Assembly: GCA_030651065.1 (NCBI GenBank) | Contig: JAUSCU010000077.1 | Span: forward strand, 13,362 to 77,361 | Direction: 5' to 3' | DNA length: 64,000 nucleotides | From: Candidatus Omnitrophota bacterium | GTDB lineage: Bacteria; Omnitrophota; Gorgyraeia; 1-14-0-20-64-10 | Part shown: positions 38,627-49,207 of the stretch, one piece after another | Numbering within the stretch: the first letter of the stretch is position 1 | How the letters are laid out: each line of letters starts with the position of its first letter | Translations under genes and position numbers: made by a program | The notes under the pieces: generated by a model | The model's input: only the letters and a program-made list of their open reading frames with translations | What the model was told of the DNA's origin: nothing | The model's database searches: none

Positions 38627-38669
38627 AGTTTTATTCCGTCACGTAGATCGGGTTGGTGTAGATCCAGGG
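38626..38669. repeat. 44-bp direct repeat, copy 2 (current PHP gene end)
   Basis: Matches 34160-34203. Confidence 0.85.
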
Positions 38670-39761
38670 GAGGCCTTTGCGGGTCACCTCGAGGCGGTAA
38701 ATCCCCTTCCCCTTCACATCGAACGCGGCCTCCCGCCCCCGCCGTTTCTCTACCGGCCGGCCGTCGAGGAACAGCGTCATCTCCCCCGGCCCAGGCAAGT
38801 TTGCGCGCAGCCTCAGTCCGGGTTCCCAGCGAACCTTCTCTCCCATCGTGCCGAGAACCTTATCCTCCTTCACGGCGGTGAACCGGAACCCGCGGGCATC
38901 CGCCAAAATATCGTGCGCCACGAATAAGCGGCCCTTCCCCAGCGCGTCATACACCGCCGCTTCCGTGAGCTCGCCGGAAATCAGCAGGTGGTTGCGCACC
39001 AGCTTGAACAGAGTCTCGTAGGGACCCAGCCGCAGGCCAACCCGCTTCAGACCATGCGCGTCGGCGCCGCCGATGCCGACAACGGGGCCCCGGTCGGCAA
39101 GGTATCGGTCCCACAACTCGAGGGTCCGGTCCGGCCGGTCCAGCCACCGGCTGGCGCTGACATCCGACCCGGTCAGCAGAGTCCAGAGGATCAAAGAGAC
39201 AGAGTTTTCCTCCGTGGCATCCTGCGCGGCATTGTAGATCTCCATGCCGGTGAACCCGTGAAGCCCCCAATGTTCCCAGCGTTTCTTGTGCCAGAGCGGA
39301 TGCGCGATGAACCCCAATCCTCCCCCCGCCGTCACGGCATCCGAGGTCGGCTGGAATTTTTTTCCCTGAGGCACATCCTCTTTGATCCGAAACGCCAGGT
39401 AATGCCCCTCCGAGGAGATCTCGGATCCCACCAGCAACAGCGTCTTTCCGTGGAAACCTTCCTTCCCTTCCTGCTTGGCCCGCAGCGTGTTGTGGTCGGT
39501 GAGAATCAGGAAATCCAGCCCCTGCTGTTCCGCGATAGCCGCGATCTGCTCCACGGTCCCGGTCCCATCGGAGTAAACACTATGGACATGAATCACGCCG
39601 ACCGCTTCCCGGTAGCCGGAGATCGCGGCCTCAACGGCGGGATCGGGGCACGGGACATCCTGCGATTCGACGGGAAGAAAAACGCAGCCGGAGAGAAGAG
39701 GCAGGACCAACAACACCTTCTTCGCCAAAAAGAGAGATGACCAGGTCAGCGGTTTATTCAT
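38631..39761 (-). CDS. PHP-domain (CehA/McbA-like) metallohydrolase lipoprotein
   Basis: Lipobox LSGC; HVHSVYSDG, TDHN, AHP, GGADAH; start trimmed to avoid the tRNA. Confidence 0.82.
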   Translation of the reverse strand: MNKPLTWSSLFLAKKVLLVLPLLSGCVFLPVESQDVPCPDPAVEAAISGYREAVGVIHVHSVYSDGTGTVEQIAAIAEQQGLDFLILTDHNTLRAKQEGKEGFHGKTLLLVGSEISSEGHYLAFRIKEDVPQGKKFQPTSDAVTAGGGLGFIAHPLWHKKRWEHWGLHGFTGMEIYNAAQDATEENSVSLILWTLLTGSDVSASRWLDRPDRTLELWDRYLADRGPVVGIGGADAHGLKRVGLRLGPYETLFKLVRNHLLISGELTEAAVYDALGKGRLFVAHDILADARGFRFTAVKEDKVLGTMGEKVRWEPGLRLRANLPGPGEMTLFLDGRPVEKRRGREAAFDVKGKGIYRLEVTRKGLPWIYTNPIYVTE

Positions 39762-39772
39762 AATGTAAATAA

Positions 39773-39861
39773 CGGAGAGGCAGGGATTCGAACCCTGGAG
39801 GCCCCTTTCGGAACCTACGCGATTTCCAGTCGCGTTCATTCAACCGCTCTGACACCTCTCC
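39773..39861 (-). tRNA. tRNA-Ser(GGA)
   Basis: CTGGAAA anticodon loop, long variable arm. Confidence 0.92.
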
Positions 39862-39920
39862 AAATAGAGCAAGGAGTAAGCAGTATAAGCCATTTGGGAG
39901 ATTCGGGGAAGCGAGCCGTC

Positions 39921-41255
39921 CTACGTGGAGGAACGGCGTTCTTTAAGACCAGCCATGAACTCCTGGAAACCGGTTCGCGCTCGGATCACATCTTCTTCCA
40001 GACCGGAGAAAACGGAGAGAATCGCTAAAACCACCTGCTCGAATTCTCTCTGTCCTAGAATTGCATCGAGATCTACCCGCGCCAGTTGAGCAACGGATCT
40101 CCAAACAGGTATCTCCTCTTCTAGACCAGCCAGATGAACGGCTGGAAGAGAAGGAGTGTCGGCAATCAGCACGGCGAATACCTCCCCGGGTGTCTGATTC
40201 CCCTGGAAACGGATCCCCGGCAAGCGGTCCAAACCACGCAAAGCGGAAAAACGCTCCTCCACGCCGGAGGTGATGACCAGCGGGACCCGAGAGATCTCAG
40301 CCGACGGTAGGAGCGCCTGGAGGAAACCCTCCGCGCTTGCCTCCTCCACACCGGCATGATCCGGCTCTTCAAACGCGGAGGGTTTCGGGAACAGCAGGAC
40401 ACGGGTGTTGCCAACGCCCTCTCGAAAAAATTCCTTGTCGATGATGAACTCGTTGGCCTGACGCATGATGCTGAGTGTCGGACCCGCCATGCCACCCGGT
40501 CTTTGGCTGTCAATCCCTCTCTGCTGATCATGGCTTGCCTTCCAGAGAAAATATTCGTCCGTCTGCTGCACCATGCTGGGAATAGGGTCCAGCCAGGTTT
40601 GGTAATTGAATTCCATCTGGTACTGGTCACTTAGCGTGGCCCGCACGAGATCGGAGTTCCACTCCAACTCGATGACGGTTGTACGGCTTGCATCCCATTC
40701 GTAGCTCCACTCATTGATGTTGCCGACCAGCTCAGACAACGGATAAACCAATTGACGCACTTGATCGATGGGCAATTCTCTCAGAATGGGAACGATCCAA
40801 TCCCTCAACCACTCATCAATTCTCAGGACCATCCAATCTCCCGGAATGACGAACCTCGCAGTTTTGTGCGGAACGTCCATCACCGCTTCGGGTGGCTCAA
40901 TGTAGCGCGTCTCTTTCGGCAACTGAGAACGGATAAATTCCATCGGCTCCGCATTGGGATCCCCGAGTCTCCGGGCCACCATGCGGCCCCGCCTTACTTC
41001 CGAGATTCGATAGTCGTTCGAATGGATGGTCGTACCCTCCTGCGGCGGAACGACCAGGATGCCGCCGACTTTCAAGCGAGCTCTCCGGATGGGCACTCCT
41101 GCCTGCGGCATGGGTTTTCGCACCGCCTCCTCCAGACCGGTGAGGGAAGACGGGGTTTCTGGCTGGGAGGTCCGCAGAGCCCAGGCAGGAGAAGGAGCCA
41201 GGAACACTAGGATCAGCAGAAGGGCGACGGGTTTAGGGGGAGCCGAAAAAGGCAT
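39921..41255 (-). CDS. Secreted hypothetical protein with repeated (A/S/T)G(L/V)EE motifs
   Basis: Signal peptide ending PAWA-LR; TGLEE, AGVEE, SGVEE, AGLEE, SGLEE; ATG at 41255. Confidence 0.75.
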   Translation of the reverse strand: MPFSAPPKPVALLLILVFLAPSPAWALRTSQPETPSSLTGLEEAVRKPMPQAGVPIRRARLKVGGILVVPPQEGTTIHSNDYRISEVRRGRMVARRLGDPNAEPMEFIRSQLPKETRYIEPPEAVMDVPHKTARFVIPGDWMVLRIDEWLRDWIVPILRELPIDQVRQLVYPLSELVGNINEWSYEWDASRTTVIELEWNSDLVRATLSDQYQMEFNYQTWLDPIPSMVQQTDEYFLWKASHDQQRGIDSQRPGGMAGPTLSIMRQANEFIIDKEFFREGVGNTRVLLFPKPSAFEEPDHAGVEEASAEGFLQALLPSAEISRVPLVITSGVEERFSALRGLDRLPGIRFQGNQTPGEVFAVLIADTPSLPAVHLAGLEEEIPVWRSVAQLARVDLDAILGQREFEQVVLAILSVFSGLEEDVIRARTGFQEFMAGLKERRSST

Positions 41256-41312
41256 GGAACAAGTATGCCCGATGAAGAGAAGAAATGACAAGGTGCGGAG
41301 AACGGAAGATAA

Positions 41313-41397
41313 CGGAGAGAGGAGGATTCGAACCCCCGAACCCTTGCGGGTTAACGCTTTTCGAGAGCGCCGCATTCAGCCACTCTGCCATCTCTCC
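41313..41397 (-). tRNA. tRNA-Ser(CGA)
   Basis: CTCGAAA anticodon loop, long variable arm. Confidence 0.92.
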
Positions 41398-41423
41398 AAG
41401 AACCCCTTATTTTACACGAGTAT

Positions 41424-41510
41424 CGGAGAGGGTAGGATTCGAACCTACGGAGGCCCGAAAGCCTCAGCAGTTTTCAAGACTGCCGCTTTCAACCGCTCAG
41501 CCACCTCTCC
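41424..41510 (-). tRNA. tRNA-Ser(TGA)
   Basis: CTTGAAA anticodon loop, long variable arm. Confidence 0.92.
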
Positions 41511-41511
41511 T

Positions 41512-42174
41512 TCAGCGGAAGATCTGGGTGAAGATACTTCGGTAAAGGTCCAGGCCGGCATGCCAGCCGCCGGCCAGGTAGGCGCCGAAATGGACCTCCG
41601 TCACGACGAGACTTAAGACTCCCAGCACGCAGGTGATGTTTGCCCAATAGATGAGCCCCACCGAGAGGATGGGCCCCAGGACGTCGAGGTCCGTCTGCTT
41701 CTGTTTGAGCGCCTCCACGGTGAAGACCAGGTGGAACGCCAGGCTGGCCCCCAGGCCGAACAGGAACCAGCTCACCGTGGGCCGGACGTCCCAGAAAAAA
41801 CCGGCGATGCCATAGGCCAGCGCCGCGAGGATCGAGTAGACCGGGATCATGTAGGGTGCCAGCGCGATGAAGCCGGTGACCTTGTTCGTCACCACGGACC
41901 CTTGCGTCTTCCCCGCTTTGAACCCCTTTACCTGCCCGCCGGACATCCAGGCAGCCGTCGCGTGGGTCAGCTCGTGGCCAAAGACGTAGGCCCGGCTGGG
42001 GGCGCCTAAAAAGACGTGCAGCGCGAGATAGGCCGTAATGCCCAGCAGCAGCGCCACCTCCGGCTGCCCGACCCGGCGGGGCAACATCAGCTGCTCGTAG
42101 AAAGCGAACGAGTAGCCGGCCCAGAGCGGGATCAGCAGCAAACCGAAACAGGTCCGCAGGACGCGGGCGATCAT
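41512..42174 (-). CDS. Membrane protein with HExxH motif (M50-like metallopeptidase)
   Basis: [16 protein letters not shown]; multiple TMs. Confidence 0.7.
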   Translation of the reverse strand: MIARVLRTCFGLLLIPLWAGYSFAFYEQLMLPRRVGQPEVALLLGITAYLALHVFLGAPSRAYVFGHELTHATAAWMSGGQVKGFKAGKTQGSVVTNKVTGFIALAPYMIPVYSILAALAYGIAGFFWDVRPTVSWFLFGLGASLAFHLVFTVEALKQKQTDLDVLGPILSVGLIYWANITCVLGVLSLVVTEVHFGAYLAGGWHAGLDLYRSIFTQIFR

Positions 42175-42175
42175 G

Positions 42176-43453
42176 TCAGCGGGGCGTCAGCCTCTCCAAT
42201 CCGTTGAGGTAGGGCCGCAGCGCCGGAGGCAAGGTCACCGAACCATCAGCATTCTGGTGCGTCTCCAACAGCGCGATGAACGTCCGGGCCAGCGCCACCC
42301 CGGAACCGTTGAGCGTGTGGACGAAGCGAACCTTCTGGGTGGCTGCCTCCTTGTACCGGATGTTCGCCCGGCGGGCCTGGAAATCCTCGAAGTTACTGCA
42401 GCTGGAAACCTCCAGCCAGCCGTTGGTCCCGGCCGAATGGGCTTCCAGGTCGTAGGTCTTCGCGGAGGAGAATCCGAGGTCCCCGGTACAGAGGGAGACC
42501 ACCCGGTACGGCAACTCCAGCTTCTGCAGCACCGTTTCGGCGTTGGCGAGCAGTTTCTCCAGTTCCTCGTAGGAACTCTCCGGCGTCACCAGCTTCACCA
42601 GCTCCACCTTGTCGAACTGGTGGACGCGGGTCAGCCCTTTCGTCTCTTTGCCGTACGATCCGGCCTCCCGGCGGAAACAGGGGGTGGCGGCGGTGTAACA
42701 AACCGGCAGCTCGTTGGGGTCCAGCGTCTCACCGGCCCGAAGGTTGGTCACCGGCACCTCCGCCGTTGGGATGAGGAACAAATCGTCATCCTTCAACCGG
42801 TACATGTCCTCCTCAAACTTCGGAAGCTGGCCGGTCCCGGTCATCGCGGCGCGGTTGACCAGCAGCGGAGGAGAAATTTCAAGGTAGCGATGCTCCTGCG
42901 TGTGCAGATCCAGCATGAATTGGATCAGCGCCCGCTCCAGCCGCGCCCCCATCCCGGTGAACAGCACGAAGTGGGACCCGGAGATCTTGGCCGCCCGCGC
43001 GAAATCAATGAGCTCCAGCAGCTCGCACAGCTCCAGGTGTGTCCTGGGCTTAAAATCGAACCGGCGCGGCTCGCCCCAGCCGCGGAGCACCTTGTTAGCC
43101 TCCGGCGGCTTGCCGGCGGGAACGCTCTCATGCGGAATGTTTGGGATCAGCAACAGCTGCTGCTGGAGCCGGACCTGCAGAGCGCCGACCTGGTCGGTGA
43201 GCTCCTTCTCCCTCTCCGACTCCTTGCGCAGCTCTTCCAGCAGCCGGTCCGCGTTCTGGCCGGAGCGCTTTAGCCGCCCCACCTCCTCGGACGCCTGGTT
43301 CTTTTTGCAGCGCAGGTCGTCCATCTCCTTGGCCTTCCCGCGGAATTCCTCCTCCAGACGGAGCAAGCCGTCCAGATCGAAGGAGGCGTTCCGGTTCTTC
43401 AGCGCCTGTTTGACCTTGTCCGGATTTTCCCGAATAAATTTGAGGTCGATCAT
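42176..43453 (-). CDS. serS: Serine--tRNA ligase
   Basis: GTGQLPKF, LIPTAEV, CFRREAG, EVSSCSN, HTLNGSG. Confidence 0.96.
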   Translation of the reverse strand: MIDLKFIRENPDKVKQALKNRNASFDLDGLLRLEEEFRGKAKEMDDLRCKKNQASEEVGRLKRSGQNADRLLEELRKESEREKELTDQVGALQVRLQQQLLLIPNIPHESVPAGKPPEANKVLRGWGEPRRFDFKPRTHLELCELLELIDFARAAKISGSHFVLFTGMGARLERALIQFMLDLHTQEHRYLEISPPLLVNRAAMTGTGQLPKFEEDMYRLKDDDLFLIPTAEVPVTNLRAGETLDPNELPVCYTAATPCFRREAGSYGKETKGLTRVHQFDKVELVKLVTPESSYEELEKLLANAETVLQKLELPYRVVSLCTGDLGFSSAKTYDLEAHSAGTNGWLEVSSCSNFEDFQARRANIRYKEAATQKVRFVHTLNGSGVALARTFIALLETHQNADGSVTLPPALRPYLNGLERLTPR

Positions 43454-43542
43454 TTTAGGACCTTCATGATAGCACAGGAAAAACAAGGGGGCTTGGCACT
43501 GCTGGCAGGGGGATTCAGATGGTGTACAATGTCAGTCTTCCG

Positions 43543-43614
43543 GGGCCGGTAGCTCATTAGGAAGAGCGCCAGACTTTTAATCTGGTGAGCGTGGTTCGAA
43601 TCCACGCCGGCCCA
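43543..43614 (+). tRNA. tRNA-Lys(TTT)
   Basis: GGGCCGG/CCGGCCC stem, CTTTTAA loop, GTTCGAAT; TACAAT -10 element upstream. Confidence 0.92.
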
Positions 43615-43623
43615 TCCTCCTAA

Positions 43624-44184
43624 CTAGACGACCTTGAGTTCGGCTTCCTTGCCGGCGAGAATTTCGTCGACTTTCTTCTGGGTGCGGTCGGTGAGCTTCT
43701 GAAGGCTGTCTAAGTTCTTGAACTTGTCGTCCTCGGTGATCTCCTTGTCCTTTTGCAGCTTCTCGATCCCTTCCTTGGCGGCGTGGCGGATATTCCGGAC
43801 GGCGACCCTGCCCTCTTCCGCCTTCCGGTGCGCGATCTTGGCCAGCTCGTCCCGGCGCTCGGTGGACAGCGGTGGAATCGGCACCCGGATGACCTTCCCC
43901 TCGACAATCGGGGTCAACCCAAGATCCGATTTCTGAAGCGCCTTCTCGATCTCCTGGATCGAGTTGGCGTCCCAGGGCTGGATCACAAGCATCTTGGGGT
44001 CCGGCGCGGAGATATTGGCCAGCTGCTTTAAGGGGGTCGGCGTTCCGAAATAATCCACCCGCACCCCCTCCACCAGCGCGGGACTGGACCGGCCGGTGCG
44101 CAGCGTGTTGAACTCCCGCTGCACCACTTCCAGCGCCTTCTGCATCTTCACCTCGGTGTCCTTCAGCAAGGATTCTAAGCTCAT
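43624..44184 (-). CDS. frr: Ribosome recycling factor
   Basis: LRTGR, YFG..TPL.QLA, AVRNIR. Confidence 0.96.
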   Translation of the reverse strand: MSLESLLKDTEVKMQKALEVVQREFNTLRTGRSSPALVEGVRVDYFGTPTPLKQLANISAPDPKMLVIQPWDANSIQEIEKALQKSDLGLTPIVEGKVIRVPIPPLSTERRDELAKIAHRKAEEGRVAVRNIRHAAKEGIEKLQKDKEITEDDKFKNLDSLQKLTDRTQKKVDEILAGKEAELKVV

Positions 44185-44197
44185 GGGGTCGCCTCCC

Positions 44198-45504
<1,307 letters not shown>

Positions 45505-45512
<8 letters not shown>

Positions 45513-46404
45513 CCGTCGGCTCCTTGTCCTTCTCCTTGGCCTCCGGCTTGGCTTTCAAGGCTTTATTCTTGGACTCTTCCACCTCATCAATCAGCGGGTC
45601 CACAAGCTGCTCGAGCACGGAAATCTCCTGCGGCTTTTCCTCGGGTTCTTCCTCCGCCTGCTCCTGCGCTTTGCGCTCGGCCGCGGCTTTGGCGGCAACC
45701 TCGGCCTGACCGGCCAGGTAGGACTCATGTCCCTCTAGAATCGCATCGGCCAGCAGACGGGTGACTAGCTTGATGGATCGGATCGCGTCGTCGTTACCCG
45801 GAATCACGTAAGAGATGGGGTCCGGGTCGCTGTTGGTGTCCACGAGGGAGACGACAGGGATGCCGAGCCGGATCGCTTCTTGCACCGCGGTGACTTCCCT
45901 CTTGGCGTCAATGATGTAGATCGCCTTCGGCAGGCGGGGCATGTCCCGGATACCGCTCAAGACCTTCTCCAGCTTGGCCAGCTCCTTCCCGGCCCGGGCC
46001 TCTTCCTTCTTCTTCATGCGGTCCATCGTGCCGTCTTCTTTCCAGGACTGGAGCTCTTTCAAGCGGGCAATGGACTTGCGAACAGTCTGGAAGTTGGTCA
46101 GCAGCCCGCCCAGCCAGCGGACGCACACGTAAAACTGGCCGCAGCGCTTGGCTTCTTCGGTCACGATCGGCTGCGCCTGACGCTTGGTCCCGACGAACAG
46201 GATGGGGCCGCCCTCGGCGGCAATCTTGCGCAGGTACTCGCGGGCCTCCTGAAGAGACTTGGCGGTCTTCTCAAGATCCAGGATGTAAATCCCGTTCTTC
46301 TTGCCGAAGATGTACCGGCGCATCTTCGGATTCCACCGATGGGTCTGGTGTCCGAAATGCACTCCGGCTTCCAATAAATCTTTAACAATGGGCTCAATGA
46401 TCAT
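45505..46404 (-). CDS. rpsB: 30S ribosomal protein S2
   Basis: [27 protein letters not shown]. Confidence 0.97.
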
Positions 46405-46430
46405 AAGCGGAGATTATACCTAAAAAGCCA

Positions 46431-48239
46431 CTAGGACGCAACCTGAAGTTCGTAGAGGCGGCGGTAGAGAGGAGAGCCGCGCAGCAGCTCCTCATGGCGG
46501 CCGGTCTCAGCGATCCGGCCCTGGTCCAGCACGACGATCCGGTCGGCCTGCCGGATCGTGGAAAACCGGTGGGCGATCACGAAAACGGTGCGCCCCTTCA
46601 TCAGCCGGTCCAGCGCCTCCTGTACTAAGCGCTCCGATTCGGAGTCCAACTGAGAGGTGGCCTCGTCCAGCACGAGGATCGGCGGGTTTTTCAGCAGAGC
46701 CCGCGCGATGGCGATCCTCTGCCGCTCCCCGCCGGACAGCTTGGCGCCAAGGTCCCCCACCTGCGAGTCGTATCCGGCCGGCAGGCGCCGGATGAACCCG
46801 TCCGCGTTGGCCGCTTTCGCCACCGCGACGACCTCCTCCAGCGAAGCCTCCGGCTGGCCGAACGCGATGTTGTTCCGGATCGAGTCGTGGAACAGGAACG
46901 GGTCCTGGGTCACCAGTCCGATCTGCCGGCGCAGGGACTCCAGCGTCACGGAGCGCAGGTCCTTCCCATCCACGGTGATCCGGCCGGAGGTGGGATCGTA
47001 GAGCCGCAGCAGCAGGTTCACCATCGTCGTCTTTCCGGACCCGCTGGAACCGACGATCGCCACCACTTCCCCGGCCCGCACGGCCAAATCCACCCCCTGC
47101 AGTACCCACCGCTCATCGCCTGACCCGGCGGCGGCCGAGTAGCGGAAGCGAACATCCTCGAATTGGATCCCTTCCGAGAATTTCACCAGGGCGACCGCCC
47201 CCGGCGCGTCCTGAACGGACGGCTCCGTCCGGAGAATCTCCGCTACCCGCTTCGCTGCCGTCAGCGCCTGCTGGTTTAGGGAATGCAGCCGGCTCAACCG
47301 TTTGATCGGCTCGTAGAGAGAAAGCAGCGCCGCCAGGAAGAAGACCACCGTGCCGGGAGAGATCGAACCCTGCAGCACCGCCCGGCCCCCCACCTGCAGC
47401 ACCACCAACCCGCCGGCCATGCTGATCATATCGGTGATGGCGGCCAGCGCTTCCCGCCGCTTCACGGTCCGGATATGCGCCTTGTAGTAGTCCTGGTTGA
47501 TCGCCGCGAAGCGGGCCTCTTCCAACCGCTCAGCCGTGAAGGCCTTGATGATCCGGATCCCCTGCAGCGTCTCGATGAGCCGGCTGTTCAGGTCGGCCAT
47601 CCGCTCCTGCACCGAGAAGCCCAGCTTGCGCAGAGCCTTCCCGATCCGAACGATCGGGTACCCGAGGGCCGGCAGCAACAGCAGCGCCAGCCCCGCCAGC
47701 TTCCAGTCAATCGCGAAAATGATCACGGCAAACACGATCATCTGGGCGGTTTGATAGATGATATCCGTGAGCCCCTCGGTAATCGTGTTCTGCAGCACCC
47801 CCACGTCATGCGTGATCCGGGAGACCAGCTCCCCGGTCCGCTCGCCGCTGAAGAAATCCTGCGAGAGCCGTTGGTAGTGCTGATAGAGGCCGTTCCGGAG
47901 GTCCCGAAGAAAACGCAGAGAGACGGTGTTCATCAGGGTGGTCTGTAGGTAAAGAACGGTATTCTTCATCGCGTAGAGGATGATGAGCGCCGCTCCCAAC
48001 CCGTTGAGCCGGGACACCGGGGAGAGCTGCTGGAACCAGACGGCGGCCGAAACCAAGGGCCCCGGCACCCAGCCCGGCAGGGCAACCTGCCGGTTGAGCA
48101 GAACGAAATCCACTAACGGCACCAGCAGCCCCAGAGAGACCCCTTTTAGGACGCTCGAGAAGGCCATACAGGCGGCCGCCCACATTAACAGGGGAAAATG
48201 GGGCCTTACATAGGGCCAAAGCCGGCGATAGTTCTTCAT
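46431..48239 (-). CDS. msbA: MsbA-like ABC exporter
   Basis: TM domain plus GSSGSGKT, LSGGERQRIAIAR, DEATSQLD; near lpxB. Confidence 0.75.
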   Translation of the reverse strand: MKNYRRLWPYVRPHFPLLMWAAACMAFSSVLKGVSLGLLVPLVDFVLLNRQVALPGWVPGPLVSAAVWFQQLSPVSRLNGLGAALIILYAMKNTVLYLQTTLMNTVSLRFLRDLRNGLYQHYQRLSQDFFSGERTGELVSRITHDVGVLQNTITEGLTDIIYQTAQMIVFAVIIFAIDWKLAGLALLLLPALGYPIVRIGKALRKLGFSVQERMADLNSRLIETLQGIRIIKAFTAERLEEARFAAINQDYYKAHIRTVKRREALAAITDMISMAGGLVVLQVGGRAVLQGSISPGTVVFFLAALLSLYEPIKRLSRLHSLNQQALTAAKRVAEILRTEPSVQDAPGAVALVKFSEGIQFEDVRFRYSAAAGSGDERWVLQGVDLAVRAGEVVAIVGSSGSGKTTMVNLLLRLYDPTSGRITVDGKDLRSVTLESLRRQIGLVTQDPFLFHDSIRNNIAFGQPEASLEEVVAVAKAANADGFIRRLPAGYDSQVGDLGAKLSGGERQRIAIARALLKNPPILVLDEATSQLDSESERLVQEALDRLMKGRTVFVIAHRFSTIRQADRIVVLDQGRIAETGRHEELLRGSPLYRRLYELQVAS

Positions 48240-48279
48240 GGGAACAGATATTTTAGCATGCTATACTGCCCCTCAAACC

Positions 48280-49203
48280 ATGAAACCGATCCGTGTCGCT
48301 GTGGTCGGAGCGGGCCACCTGGGTTCCATCCACGCTCGAATTTACTCGCAACTTCAAGAAGCACAATTGGTTGCAGTGTGCGACCGGCTCCCCGAACGGG
48401 CCCAAGCCGTAGCGGGTCCCCTGCACTGCCGGCCGGTCTCGGATTTCCGGGAACTGATCGGCCAGGTAGACGCCGTCTCCGTCGCCGTCCCCACGCAGGC
48501 CCACTACGAAGTGGCCAAAGAATTCCTCGCCCGGGGCGTCCATACACTGGTGGAAAAACCGATGACCTCCACCCTTCCGGAGGCGGACCGGCTCCTGGCC
48601 CTGGCCCGAAAAACAAAGGCTGTCCTTCAGGTCGGCCATGTGGAGCGATTCAACGCGGCCCTCCGGCGCGTGCAGGACACCTTAAAAAATCCCCGCTTCA
48701 TCGAGGTCCACCGGCTGGCCCCTTTCCAACCGCGCGGGACGGAGGTCGGTGTCGTGCTGGACCTCATGATCCACGACATTGATCTCCTCCTCTGGCTCGT
48801 CCGCAGCCCGGTCCGGCGCGTGGAGGCGGTCGGCGTCCGGGTGCTGACGCCGCATGAGGACATCGCCAATGCCCGGGTCACCTTCCGCAACGGGACGGTC
48901 GCGAATCTGACCGCCTCCCGAATCTCCAAGGAAGCGCTGCGCAAGTTCCGCATCTTTCAGCCGGATGGCTACGTCTCGATGGATTTCCTGGGGCTGAGCG
49001 TGGACCTGTACCGCCATGAGGCCGGCCAGATCCAGCACGAGCACCTGACGCTCACCGGCGAGGAGCCGCTCAAAACGGAGCTGGCCGGCTTTCTGGACGC
49101 CATCCGGCATCGCACGCCCCCTCCCGTCTCCGGCCGGGAGGCGCGGAACGCGCTCGCGATGGCCCTCAAGATCACAGCCCTGATCAAAAAGAATCCTCCC
49201 TGA
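48280..49203 (+). CDS. Gfo/Idh/MocA oxidoreductase (GnnA-like)
   Basis: VVGAGHLG, EKP, VGHVERFN, DLMIHDID; upstream of lpxB. Confidence 0.85.
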   Translation: MKPIRVAVVGAGHLGSIHARIYSQLQEAQLVAVCDRLPERAQAVAGPLHCRPVSDFRELIGQVDAVSVAVPTQAHYEVAKEFLARGVHTLVEKPMTSTLPEADRLLALARKTKAVLQVGHVERFNAALRRVQDTLKNPRFIEVHRLAPFQPRGTEVGVVLDLMIHDIDLLLWLVRSPVRRVEAVGVRVLTPHEDIANARVTFRNGTVANLTASRISKEALRKFRIFQPDGYVSMDFLGLSVDLYRHEAGQIQHEHLTLTGEEPLKTELAGFLDAIRHRTPPPVSGREARNALAMALKITALIKKNPP

Positions 49204-49207
49204 CCCC

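Noticed and set aside
39762-41375. N-terminal extensions of ORFs 38631-39839 and 39921-41375
   Set aside because: They run through tRNA-Ser genes; downstream ATGs give proper signal peptides.
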